Source: a virus (lineage: Duplodnaviria > Caudoviricetes). Taken from it: 25,545 nt of DNA. This document shows positions 25,508-25,545 of this stretch, in pieces. The translations under genes were made by a program, and so were the position numbers. Every line of letters starts with the position of its first letter. Position 1 is the stretch's first letter. The stretch is from IMG/VR virus record IMGVR_UViG_3300037308_000581, positions 1 through 25,545 of that record. The stretch is one strand, 5' to 3'. Below the pieces are notes generated by a model. The model was not told the origin of the DNA and ran no database searches. It saw only the letters and a list, made by a program, of their open reading frames with translations.

Positions 25508-25545
25508 TGAGGGGAAGGTATTATGGCAGATGTGGTTATAGAAAG

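Noticed and set aside
1-25545. CRISPR array, tRNA, integrase/att site, reverse transcriptase (retron/DGR)
   Set aside because: No regularly spaced repeats, cloverleaf/T-loop consensus, recombinase or RT motifs found by eye; a tRNAscan-SE/CRISPR finder run would be the formal check.

Overview
A 25.5-kb piece of a tailed dsDNA bacteriophage (probably podovirus-like), not host chromosome. Left arm (minus strand, 8398->1): an apparent single operon of four sugar/methyl/radical-chemistry enzymes (KpsS/Capsule_synth-like GT, radical SAM-SPASM/Twitch, GT-A DxD glycosyltransferase, SAM-methyltransferase::Maf/DUF115 fusion) that runs directly into the portal and two paralogous putative virion proteins. 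A separately promoted micro-ORF and a GroES-like gene follow (both missing from the ORF track). Divergent from that operon are a GH19 endolysin and a large terminase carrying a Val1, WCT-motif (class 3) LAGLIDADG intein. A central AT-rich control region (13.0-13.5 kb) holds divergent sigma70-type promoters, several apparently giving leaderless mRNAs, and a ~210-nt promoter-to-terminator unit with an extensively base-paired, branched structure. The right arm (plus strand) encodes a tandem RHH-like regulator, DnaB helicase, Rad52/Sak annealase, putative SSB, UvsY-like protein, NinG-like nuclease, 3TM holin, small terminase, family A DNA polymerase, Prim-Pol/PriCT-1 primase, an unexpected PduL-like phosphotransacylase, GDP-mannose 4,6-dehydratase, a DEDD exonuclease and a run of membrane micropeptides. 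Best candidates for new biology: the portal-linked glycan-modification operon, the phage PduL homologue, and the structured intergenic RNA. All family calls come from motif recognition by eye; no database search was run.
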